From positions 3,543,060 to 3,607,059 of the forward strand of contig CM082583.2 in the NCBI GenBank assembly GCA_040954595.2: a stretch of DNA of 64,000 nt, written 5' to 3'. The translations under genes were made by a program, and so were the position numbers. Shown in pieces: positions 24,186 to 36,835 of this stretch (its first letter is position 1; the number at the start of each line of letters is the position of its first letter). The notes under the pieces are model-generated. The model was given only the letters and a program-made list of their open reading frames with translations, was not told where the DNA came from and searched no databases. The stretch comes from Balanoglossus misakiensis. Its lineage: Eukaryota; Animalia; Hemichordata.

Positions 24186-26077
24186 TTAATTCACACCACT
24201 TAACTTGCAGAACTTTGCAGAAACTTAGAATACAAACCAGGGAGGTCTATCAATCTTCTGAATATTGAAACATTCCAAAGCGTTGATAGGGGTGATCTCC
24301 CGTTACCTAATAGTTGTTGCTGGGTGTGGCATAGGCTTTATAGGTAGCTTGCCTAAATGCCTAAGGTCAGTGATCATATGTTGCAACATGTGGTTCACCT
24401 TTAGCTTGCCTGTCTGTTTCTGTAGTAGCTCCATGAATTGTAGATCTACCAGCATCTATAACAGACTACGTTGGCGTGCAGTGTCCATCAACATACGTTG
24501 GCTATGTATAGGTTTGTATTATCACCAACTAGTTCAAATCATGTTATTTTTTTAATTTTAATGAAATATGCAATATTGCGACAGTTTGGGACAAAATTGT
24601 GCCATTTTTGAAGGAATAAAATTCAATTGTCCGTTAACTGTCCTTTTACTCTCATCAAAAATTAACTTCTTATTTGTCCAGTTTCTACCGTACGCGACTT
24701 GCCGAACAGACTAACAGGTTAACAAATGTGGTGTTCTGCAATTCTGCACCCCTTTGCCAAGGGCGTCATTGAACAAACTTTTTACTTTTAGAATAGCCTT
24801 ATAGACTTCATTGGAAGGTTTTTCGGATTAAATGTAGGAACTGTATCATCCTTGATAATTTATTGGTCAAATCCAGAGACTTGTTGTGTCATCTTAATTT
24901 AAATGAACAAACGCCACGATGTTTTGACTGACGCATTAGGTAAATTAAATCAAAATCTCTCCGGTTTGTATGTATAATAAATGGCATTTTTTTCATTAGA
25001 GGTTATTAATATTTATGATGTAAGATTGATTATACCTTCATGACAACGTTATGTACGTGAATGACCCGGGTGTCCTGAAGACTACGATTAATCATGTGAT
25101 GCTGACATTTGATGGCGAGTGTGGGCTGTTCGGCAGGCTGTAATGTATGCTTCAATTCAAAGATAGAAAGACAGATAATCTCTTACACAATCAAACATCT
25201 AACATCTGGGTTTATCTTCAGAATTTTGGAATGCGGCAGTAAAATCTATAATTTTAATGTTTTTAACTGCTTTTGCAAATCTGTGGGAGAAAACACAAAT
25301 AAAAGCGACTTATATTTGTACATTTCCCTTGAAAATGTTACAGCCATTAAATAACGTACGTGTTGAACACGATTGGAACTATTTTGGGATAAACTCTCAG
25401 CACACCTACACACTCGCACAACAAAACAAAATGATGAATATGTCGAGTGTGTAGGCTGCATGTACTGTGCTGGGAGTTTTACAGAGTTAATTACCAGTCC
25501 ATGCAGTCATCCCAAAATAGTTTCAATCGTGTTAACGCAAACCTGATAACAGAAATTAAATCGAATGTCACCTATTTTTCATTTGCACATTGATTTGTTG
25601 GCCAGGGCTATTTTCGGATTTCCTATATGCTCTTTCACAACGACACTGTAGCTATCGAATATTTACATGGCGAAATTATGCTCGCCGCAAATTGTACATG
25701 GTGTATATATCTATGAGAACAATAACTAATGCAGTTGCGTAGCAATGCATATGACAGTTTGAGGCTGTGTGGGAGATATCATAATGATCAACCAGCTATG
25801 CACATCTTCTGACACAAGGGACCACGGACACTTCGGTTGTGATACAACCAGCTAGCATTTCCAACCGTTTCACTTTTTTCCTTGCTGAAATTGGAACAGA
25901 ACGAAATACATAACAATTTCTTACTGTCTCCTTGCGAGTACAAAGATACACCCATGTCGTAAGTAACCCAGGAGATGCAATGCTTTCAATGTTATCTGAA
26001 TGTACCGTGTGAGTGTTGAATTTCCAATAGTTGCACACACGCCTGAGTTGCACACAGGTATATATACAAAGTACATT

Positions 26078-26326
26078 AGAGAGAGGGGGAGGGAGGGAGA
26101 GGGGGAGTGACAGAGAGAGCGACAGAGAAGGGGGGGATAGAAAGAGAGGGGGCGAGAGAGGAGAGAGGGGGAGCGAGAGAGGAGAGAGGGGGAGGGAGAG
26201 CGACAGAGAAGGGGGATAGAAAGAGAGGGGGAGCGAGAGAGAGGGAGGGAGGGAGAGCGACAGAGGGAGGGGAGGGATAGAAAGAGAGAGGGGGGGGTAG
26301 GGAGAGGAGGGTGGGATGGAGGGAGC
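26078..26326. repeat. GA-rich low-complexity purine tract
   Basis: Almost exclusively G/A with recurring gagagcgacagaga and gatagaaagagag units. Confidence 0.9.
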
Positions 26327-29300
26327 GAAAACATAACTGACTTCGTTATTTTGTCAATTGTGCCCCTTTCAGTTCTAGACCGATTGCCTGACAACTATCA
26401 CGAATTTCAAATAGATGCATGCACTTTGATTCAAAATCCTATGGACCATTTTTAACAATCCGGATAAAGTTGCTGTCCCCGAAGTGCCATGCCTTAGTCA
26501 CTAACTTTCCCCGTGTGAACTTCTGCATCTTTTCATGAGCGAACTCGCGAAACTGAAAAGATGGACTGAAACATTTTTCTTGACAAAATACGGGCTTGTG
26601 TAAGTTATTCTACCCCACGAGTTTTATCATGTCTTAGCTTAAATGTTGCGTAGGAACTAGCTAATACGATAACCTTTAAACAAAACAACAACACAATGTG
26701 ATGTGGTGGTTTTCTTTAGCAATGTGTACATTTGTATATAATAATTATATTAAAGCCCCTGGAATTGTTATAATGTGATTTGACCCCCTAGCACTAAGTA
26801 AAAGTGCTTGCGATAGAAACACGTCTAAGCCATGGGGGATTATAGTCGCAACTTAGATAAGAATGAAACTGATCGATGAAGAGATTTAATCTGATGAAGC
26901 AACTGTACGGTTTTTAACCTTACCTTACCCCATTTTATTTACCGACTCTAAACGTTTGAGAGTCAAATAAATGCGGGCGTTAATAAGCATATTTACACGT
27001 CGACAATAAAATGAAAGTCCGAGATCAGATAGTTAAATGTACAGTGGCATTCCGATTTAATTGGTGTTATCATGAACTGCCCACAGTTACATTTTGACGT
27101 CTGCAAAACACGCAAATGAAACTCGCCCTCCCCCAAAACAGCGTTCCTATTTTTGAAAAGCATATTTGAACCACAAAGATTTTGTTTTACTCTGTAAAAG
27201 CAAGTGTCTTTAAAATTTACTGTAAAATAATCTACTCTGGCTACTGCTCTGCGAATAATGCATTATTTTAAGAAAGTGGACCGAAACGGCAAATTCCGTA
27301 GGGCGTTTATATATTGATAATTGTCAATTATAGATGGAGTTGCGTTCTCTCCAGCGTCTGATATTCATTGAAGCATTGCAGATAGAGGTCGTGACCTTCT
27401 GGTATTCGGACTCTTTACCCTATAAAACATTGCTAACTTATGTGTACAGATAACATACGTGGATGTTATCTGTGAGTTTAACATCGTTAGCTGGTTTTTC
27501 ATGCATAAAGATAATTCAGAAAGAGCGGTTAATGAAAAAAATTTATTTATAATAATAATAATGAATGAATAGCCACCAGTGTTTATACGTTCTGATAATT
27601 TGCATGAAAATGTTGTTGTTTGCCAAAGTCAACATAATTAGATAAATGTGTAACGCAGTTTAATTTCACTCTAATAAACTTCTTTAAAGGTCTATGTGTG
27701 TGCGTATAAATGAATGATTATCAATAAACACTAACATGTGTCTGTAAATGGGTTATCCTTCAGTATAAAATATATAAATAAATAATGTTATGGTCATCAG
27801 ACTTTTGCTCTAAAGTCCGCGTAAACACGTTGGTCGCTGGGTAACCAGAAACAAATGCGCAGTCGCAGTCATTCAATGATAAAACATCTGCTGGCGTGCA
27901 ATCTAAATGTGAAGAAATTAAATGCGACCCGATAATCCCGAAGAAAACATGTGCAGAAATAAAAGTACACAAAATAATTGATTTGAAATACTGTAAGATA
28001 AGTAACATTAAAGACATTTAAGACAATAAACACTATATAAATGTTGTTTCACCTCATGCGAACAATGGCCGAAGTTCCGTCAAATAAAATTGACCCTGGC
28101 ATAGAAACAGCGCAGCTGCCTTCGCATATCAGCATCATTCCCATCAGAAGAAGACATCACATAGCCAATGTACTTTTTTGATCTAAACTAAAGAGGTTTA
28201 CCATAAAAGTAGTATACAAGGAATTCTCTGTGATTTCCAAGACTTTGGGAAACTAGCCATACACTTCGATCCGTCCTTGTAGTATTTCCATTATGTGCAC
28301 AAATGTTGCTCAGTTTCTGTAATGCTTTGACTGGACAAACCAAGACAAGATCGTCTTCGTGGAATAAACATTTGCAACGTGACAAGGCACATCGACAAAA
28401 TAGCCAAAAATGCCATTTATTTGGGCTTCAATACTGAAAATAAAACATTTAGAATTCGTCACGAATGCAAATGAAAAATGTGACCTTCCCCAGAGTGAGT
28501 TTTGCAAAATGTGACCTTACTCTCAAGGGCGGATTTGTAAAATATGATCCACCCGCCTGTGTAAGTTTTGAAAATAGACTGTTGATAGAACACTAAGTTG
28601 CTGGTCGAAAAGATATAACAATGAATGTCCTTGGGTCAAATGGATGTGCACGGTTATTCAGGTCGGGGTGGACCGACAAATTGTTGTGCTTGCTCTTCCA
28701 TAAAAAAGTGAAACATGAAAACATTAAAGTGGTTAACCTATCCAATTAAATCAAATATAATGACCCTCATTTGAACGATCAGAGAATGGGGTCATTTGAC
28801 GATGGGCATTGCTTTGTTAACTTTTATTTCCGACGGCTGCAAGATGCCGAGTAACAGAGTAAATTTTGAAGAGAAGCTTAAATTTTGTGAGAATAATGCA
28901 CGCTTAAGGCATGCCTTAAATTGTTCTGCAATGCGCCCTATGAGGGTACGGGTACTCCGTTATATGTTAATACATAATAATTCCCGATTGGTGGCATACG
29001 GTTGAATTTAATTGAGTTAAAACATCAAGCTCCAATACCTGCCAACATTACTTTCAAACTTAGATTGTTCCATTTGAATGAGATAGCTGGTGTGTATCAG
29101 TACACACCACGTTTAATAATAAATGATTGCCTCACCCGTTTATTATTCTTTTCGAAGATAGTCGCATGCAGCCTGGCCTGTATCTAATGTAACATCAAAC
29201 AAACAATACGGGATACAGCTTTGGTTGGAAATTCTGAAGTGTTTCGATCAATGAAAAATGCATGAGAGGAAACGAGGAGCCCATGGTTCACAACTTGTCA

Positions 29301-29737
29301 CGTTTGTTGTGCACTTTGAAAAATGTGTGAACACATTTCACATCTGCGCGTCACTCAAAGATTGCCAGCTGTTTGCATCGAATAATGATTGTTTCACATT
29401 CATGGGTGAATTATATTGTTCTAAAACACGATTTCCCAAATACTCCTAGCTTTGTCGAATGCTCACGTACCATTTTGTCAAAACATGCAGGGTATAGGTG
29501 TTTATAAAATCAGATGTTGTCGTGGTATTAAAGCCATGTTTCTGCGTGAAACTTGTGTTGGCCGATTTTCACAGAGAAATCAAACGCCAGGTTTCAAATT
29601 GACAAACATTAGCCTCGGGTGAAGCATTGGCTTTATTTTTGATCGGTGATGTTGATGAAAAATAGAGAGCAAATAAGACCGACATTCTTATTTGCTACAC
29701 AAAGGGGGGGGGGGGGTCAGGGTTAAGGAAATGTTAA

Positions 29738-30457
29738 AGGGACAAAGTCTCTCTCTCGCTGCCCTTTTTCCATTAATTATGTTTGATACAAGACACTGTT
29801 TATGTTATTCTACATGTGGATATATAATGAATGAATGTTTGACCACACACAACTTCCATCCCGTTTGTAGGATTTGAGAGTAAAAACTCGCCCAAAATGA
29901 ATAAATTGTAGAGACCGATTATTCATTTTGGTGAGTTTTTTTCACTCTCGTATCTACAAGTGTGATGGAAGGTGTGTGTGGTCGAATGTTCATTCACTAT
30001 ATGTAATTAAGGCCAGAAAGAAAAAAAATCTTGTTCATCGGATTTTTTGGACCTAGTTCCAGGAACGGCGAGCGAATATTTTTTTTTTAGGCTGAAGGTA
30101 AATGCGGTTCTCTGGCATATTTGCTCAGATGCAGACAGGGCGAGATAATTGTTTCCCTCTTTACCAGAAATATATAAGACAAAAACACTGATACATGTAC
30201 TTGTAACTGAATTCAATACTATATTTCCCAACAATAACATAGGCCATTACATTTACAGTTGGTGTTTGCACAACATATTCTGGCCACCAGCGGCAGTGAC
30301 TAAGAATTTTGTAACGCGGAAGTAGAATATTTGCCGAGATCCAAAAAAAATAAAAATTTCCAAATCAGCCAAAGTAGAAGCGGCGATTCCGATGAACAAT
30401 TTATTTTTTCTTCCTGGCCTAATGGATAAAGGGCAGTGAGAGAGAGACTTTGTCCTT
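29738..30457. mobile_element. AGGGACA-family MITE carrying a nested insertion
   Basis: ttaa-agggacaaag...ctttgtcctt-ttaa; similarity to 37445-37791 is interrupted by 30011-30419. Confidence 0.8.
30011..30419. mobile_element. PIF/Harbinger-type MITE (TAA duplication)
   Basis: TIR ggccag(a/g)aagaaaaaa; TAA at 30008-30010 and 30420-30422; the sister host copy shows the empty site aattaatgg near 37751. Confidence 0.75.
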
Positions 30458-31064
30458 TTAACATATTGGCATATTTTGAGAACAAGTTAACTAAAATTGA
30501 TGGTACTGTACATTATCTCTTAATGCAATTTAATCAAGCTATAGTTCTTCAGAACTGGAACTAGTTGACTCTTTGAATCAGATGGCCTAATTAGACGTTT
30601 GAATGATTTGCAGGTACATCTATACCATTTAATTCCGGGAACCCTCTAAGATATATGTTATTACATGTGTTCTGACTGTGGTGCAGATATGGCATTACAA
30701 GCAATCATTTCTGTAAATGTATCGTCATCTTAACAATAACTTTTTTGAGCTGATGAAAACACACAGAATAATACAATAGATAATGATTTCCACCAATTTG
30801 TAATTGGTAGGCTTTATTTGCATAACTAATTTCTCACTTGTATACGAATTATAACATTTGATGATTCTACACTTTACACGACACTACCACACGATGGAAA
30901 AATGAAGCAACGTTTGAAAACCCCAAGCTTATCAATCAAGCACTTCCTACCAAAACTGTTCACAGACCGTTTCAAGTATGCAGTAGTAAGCTAAAATTCT
31001 GCATGTTTATATTGTTAAGAATGGGACTAATGCTAAGGTATTCTATACAGAGAAAGACATAATC

Positions 31065-31655
31065 AGTATGCTTGAATTCCTTACCGACAACATATATATT
31101 TGTTGGATTTAACGGACTCGTTTTACCAACAATGTACAGGGATTCTTGCTGACTTGTTTCCGTACTCATACGATGCAGAATTTATCCAGAACTTAGTCAA
31201 ACAGAAAAAGGCCTGTTCCAAATTCAACTTTACATTCAGATACATAGATACAGTCAAACCTGTGTTAGTGGCCACCTCTATATAATGGCCACTTTGTAAC
31301 ACTCCCTGTGCAGTTAACATGTGCGTTAAATTGACCTGTATATAAAGGCCACCTGTGTGCAAAGGCCAGTTTAGGAAAGTCGCTTGACTGGCCTCTATAG
31401 ATAGGTTTGACTGTAATATTATTTCCATGATGATTAATACCACATTCTATGACTATCGTCCTATGACCTATTCTGCTGGAATTAGCATCGTCTGCTTTTT
31501 ATTTGACCCTACCCGCCACCTTTCTGCTATAGGCTGTATGACAAACGAGGTCATTTCAACTTCACTGTTATCAATTTTTCACACCTTGACAGCACTATTC
31601 TACTCTCACCAGCGTATAGGGGTATGCATTTCTAGGCTAATTTGTTATGCAAGAG
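31065..31655 (+). pseudogene. Degenerate Penelope-like retroelement RT fragment
   Basis: Broken translation MLEFLTDNIY...QQCTGI..LADLFPYSYDAEFIQ...FNFTFRYID and RLYDKRGHFNFTVINF...SPAY.GVCISRLICYAR, typical of Penelope-like RTs; frameshifts and deletions present. Confidence 0.75.
31251..31413. mobile_element. Tc1/mariner(pogo)-type MITE with TA duplication
   Basis: ta-cagtcaaacctgt...ataggtttgactg-ta; related copies at ~44610-44770 (inverted) and ~46428-46577. Confidence 0.8.
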
Positions 31656-34053
31656 AATTTGATTCATATGGTGAGTATTAATTACCTACTAAATTCAATT
31701 AAGGTAATATATGTGTTTTATTACCGATTTCGATATTGCTAAGATGAATCCAAAATTGGCTATGTAAAGAAATTAGGTTAGTTTTCATATTTAGGTTAAG
31801 ATCTGAAGGTTTGCAATGAAAAAGCTTGTAGCTGACACAGGGTTAAAACATTTCAAGCACTGGCGATGTACGTATAAGGCTTATATTTTAACAAATGAAT
31901 AATTCACACAACTTGCAAGTTGTATACGGCTGTCGCCGAAAATGATATTGTACCCTCACAATCATCGACATTTGACTAATCTAGTTAGTGTCATGAAACT
32001 ATGCTGGTGACAGCCAACTTACCAGCAGGCACTTCGGAAACATTGCAAGTCGCCTGTGTTCTTTGTCACGTGACTGGTGTAGAATGTATTTATATTTGGC
32101 TGTGAATAATTTGTTTTGTTTAATTGAGATACATTAAATTTGGAAAGCAATCGGCGTGTCGTTGTGTTCGCTCTATTATTTAGCATGGGGTGTGCAGATT
32201 ACTGTTGAAACGCGCTTTTTGCATGTTTTCACGTGTGTGTCATGCCAACTGAATGCAAATGGGAGAAAACGAATAGCTGTAACAACAAAAGGCAATTAGT
32301 CAGGAGTTATTCTTGAGAGACTCATTGGGAATTGTCTTTACTTCATTTTCCTCTAGTGCTTTCAATGATTTGTATGAACGTCGTAAAAATAACATATTCT
32401 GGGGGGGGAGGAGTTTAATGTACCGAGTCAAGGCTTCAATACATCGATAGCGGAAGTACCGATGCAAGACGACCGTCGTTGGAAATGCGCATGCGCCCAA
32501 CAGAGGGACTCGCTGCAATCATTTATTAATGTCAATCGGGATGGTATAACGGATTTTTTGGTTAGTATATATGGTCCCAATAGCAAAACTCTGTAATTAT
32601 GAGATTGCATTCATGTAGCGTGACTTGAAAACAAGAAAGTATTATTTCATCATGCATCACTGAGGGAAATGTCAAGCAGTTGTTTATGTCTCAGGTGCAC
32701 CAGGTCTAGTATCGTTGTTTATAGGCATGTCGATAACATTATGAATTATTACATAATTAAACTAGAGTCGGTCATCATTCTCGTAAATATTCAAATTGTG
32801 CATCTGCTCTGTCCATACATGATTGCTTCGCTCATTTCGTGGTTTTGGAGAACAATCGCGAAGAATATACTCGTGTGGGCGTGATAAATATTTTCAACAC
32901 AAATTGATTGCACCATAATTTGATAGCTAGGTGAACGACAAAATGTGATAGCGGTGGACATCATAGCCGTGAAATGAAATGCAATATTAAAAAGTAACCA
33001 TATAACTTACAACATCTCCATCGAGGGAAACGCTCACGCTGAAGGTCAATCGTGATATGAATATTCCTTAACCCTTTTAAGTCGTACTTTACTAGTATTT
33101 CTCTATATTTAGCTACTATTCATTACATGAAACAGGTTCTTAAGTGCAATATTCACACGTGACCAACAGCAATCGTGGCCTTGGTTGAATTCATGTGTTT
33201 CATTATAGACACCAGTAGACCAAGGCATTCTTGTAACCAAGAAAATGTTTTGACTTAATCTTTGACCATCTAAATGATTACAATCACTACTAATTTGCAT
33301 ATGCCAATATACTTAAATGGGCGTGTCTAAGTTTTCGATTGACCTTGTACTGGCGCACTTTTTTCGCGTTACCACCCAGTGAAAATCTGTGATTGGCCAG
33401 ATCTCAACTTTCCATTTATAACTGTGCCCGCATTTGCAAAGGTGGCTGTATACTAAATATGAACGAACAATGCAAGCTTATGAATGCACTACCAAAGAGC
33501 CTTTCTTGACAATGACTAATTAACATGCATACAGTCTTCTACAAAACGTGCGGCCGGTGACATATGGCAATCTTATCAACACAATGAATACATTTGCACG
33601 ACATATGTCTGTACTTTATTTTGCACTAATTTGTTGATCAGCCAGTTACTGCCATACGCTATGACATCTTTTGAATAATGAAAGACAGAGAAATCCTGAT
33701 AAATACTTTTCTACTAAGTCACTGACGCACATGATATGCATAGATAAATCATGTATGACACGTGTACAATGCAACAAATTTAATCGGTGAGGAAAGTAGC
33801 GCTGGAAATAACGGAAATGAAAAAAATCACACGAGAAGGATGCTGATTTACATTAAATGTATACAGTCACATTATGCAAAATTTAATCATAATTACCACG
33901 GGGAATTCAAATATAGCCAATCACATATTTTCAGTGGGTGATGGCACACGCGGAAAAAGTGCGCCGGTCACCACGTGGCCAGTCGAAAATTTAGATATGC
34001 CCTTTTGACCATTTATTGGCATATGAGCATTTCAGATGACAGTCTACCTTTAA

Positions 34054-34662
34054 AGGGGAAATCCGTCGTAGCTGATTTCTACATAATTTGGTAGCTTTGA
34101 TGTCACTCTTTCAGAAAAAAACATATTCGCCATGTATAGGTCGCGCGATTTTTTACAAAATCTAGAGAAAGTTCCAATATGGCGTTTACTGTAATTTGAA
34201 TCATGGGAAAAAAAGCGCCAGGACCAACTTCCGCCCACCTTAGTGTGGGTGATACCATTTTCCGATTGGTGTCACTGCGTCACAAGCTAAGCGTATTTGC
34301 ATATTTTCGATGGGTTATAGCTCATGAAAACTGTCAATAGATGACAAATTTTCGACTTTGCTGATGATTGTTTATCAACTGATGCAAAGAACAAACAATA
34401 GCTATGAAAATACGCCTAGTCTGTCGCCCAGTGACACCTATCGGAGAATGGTATCACCCACACCATGGTGGGCGGAAGTTGGTCCTGGCGCTTTTTTTCC
34501 CATGATTCAAATTACAGTAAACGCCATATTGGAAATTCTGCCAACTTTCCCTAGATTTTGTAACAAATCGCGCGACCTATACATGGCGAATATGTTTTTT
34601 TCTGAAAGAGTGACATCAAAGCTACCAAATTATGTAGAAATCAGCTACAACGGATTTCCCCT
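34054..34662. mobile_element. 609-bp fold-back element with long TIRs and TTAA flanks (Kolobok-like non-autonomous)
   Basis: ttaa-aggggaaatccgtcgtagctgatttct...agaaatcagctacaacggatttcccct-ttaa; arms complementary over more than 200 bp (mirror ORFs 34050-34238 and 34358-34666). Confidence 0.85.
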
Positions 34663-36835
34663 TTAAGAAGTCAACACTGGTGAAGTAATGATGTGGAATG
34701 AATATGAGCTTTTGGTTAGTGCCGTGAAACATATGGTCACTTTTTGAAACGAGACAACGTTTCTAAATCGAGATGAAAGCTTCAAAAGCTCTGCGGCAAT
34801 TTTGATTGACATGACTATGAGTCTTTATATCTATTTTTGAGGGAAGGGAAAGGGAACTTTGAACCAATGGCCCTAGTTTTCCGATGGCTCATTGAAAAGA
34901 ATATTACTTATATAACTCTAGTCAACGAGCAATACGTTTAACTGCCCTACTGAAGAACTTGAAAATTCAGTTATACTCTTAACTGATGAATCACAAGTAA
35001 GAGCGAATACATTATACCGCCCTGAATCTCTACGACGTTTCTTTCATAGTGCTGAAACAATGTTTATATCGTGGATTTCATCTTACTGTCATCAATTTTC
35101 GAATACACTGCATTAGCGCTACCACCAAAGGCACTTAACCGCCATGCATAACTATCAATCTCTTGTTTGTGCAATTTCGTTTCACGACCCTTTACCAGTT
35201 GTTTCGTAGCCGCATTAAATCAGATGGCGTCATGTGTGTTAATGATGTAATGTATTGAATTGTTCACTGCAACACCTGCATGGGATGGGGTCAATATATA
35301 ATTGGTGTCGAAGCTGGGAGTAATAAATTGTTCTATTGAAATGATTAATGCATGATTTTAACACGCGCAACGTTATTGTGTCACTATTCTCGTTGTTATG
35401 TACTCGACGATATAGCGCACATAGCGTAGCATGACATGGCATAGTAGCATTGACTGGAATATTGACGCTGCATAACAAAACATGGCGTGGCGATGTGGGG
35501 GCATGGTATGGGGTGGTATGGGATGACATACATATCAAAGCAAGCCATAGCATAGTATAGCATTACGTATTATTTGGATTTTGATTCATTCCAATATTCC
35601 TTGGACAACTGATATACAATACATATGATCTCAAATCTGGAAGGCAGAGTCTTTGCTCATACGGATAGAAAACGAGGATTGGCAGTGAACCATTCCGTCA
35701 AATCGCATGGGACAGTCGAAATCATGTATCGGTAATTCACAGATTGTTTCGTTAATCCCCGACTTTAAAGCAACATTCATATATTTTGTTCATCACACAC
35801 CTGGGGGAAATAAAAACGAGAAGCACTTGTTTCTCTCTCCCTCCGGTGTTTTTGTTTCTTCACATTATTGACATTTATAAGTTATAAATAATGGATCTGT
35901 CTAAGAATGAAATCTCTATAGATAAAATCACATCGTAATGTTATAAAATGTCATTAAGCGGTTGCGCCAAGTAGAATATCCCTATTTTCAGTACTGATGT
36001 ATTGATTAAAATGCTTCTGGAAAACGACTGCAGGTTATTTGGTAAAGTACGATCCAAAGGTCCACGTGGCAACGGTTATATTAGTCTCTAGATGTACTCG
36101 ACGTATTCATTGCTCACTATATTTTTGGACGTTCAGAACTACTGTTATTCAAATATAGCTTTGCGAAACATGGCATAATAAGAGAGGACTAGAGAATTCA
36201 CCTACCATGCACAATTTCCAGAAGAGTATTTCTAGCACCCTGCGATTTATAGGCGACAACTGAAACAGTTTCGGTGTCGCGTCGCGTCGCGCAGTGGAGG
36301 AACTCATAGCATTTTCATATTTCAATTGAGTCATAATATTAGACTCGATGTTGATTAAATTGAATGACAATGTTTTAGCTTTGTTATTCAGAAATAACTG
36401 TATAGGCCCTACGCGTTGTCAACCAAAACTGAGAATTGAACAACATCATACTATACATGCACTTTATCAAGATACGAGCTAGCTGGAGAGACTAGCGTAG
36501 TTGTTATGGATACCATAATTTACATACGTGACATTAACATATTAACGATATCATGCATCCCTCAAACGTTTCGTGTAGTGTCAGTCTGGTGTAGTCTAAT
36601 TGCAAACGCAGTCATTTAAATATAAGCAGCATATATACGCACGTGGTTTTGTTAGTGATAAACAGATCTTCACAGATCTTGATTAGTGCAGTCTGTCGCT
36701 GCCGACAGTTCGGAAGGTCCCACGAAGCCGTGGATTATGCGATATTGTTATCCAGCTGAACCGATTCATTGCTTGTCTACAATGCTCCGAGTGTATCCGA
36801 CCGCTCCACAGCTGCAACGACGGGGGTACAGTCGG

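Noticed and set aside
24260-24555. Coding-looking stretch
   Set aside because: Minus-strand frames are interrupted by stops and I recognise no motif in the plus-strand ORF; cannot be supported.
25921-26394. 157-aa Ser/Pro/Leu-rich ORF
   Set aside because: Translation of the GA-rich low-complexity tract.
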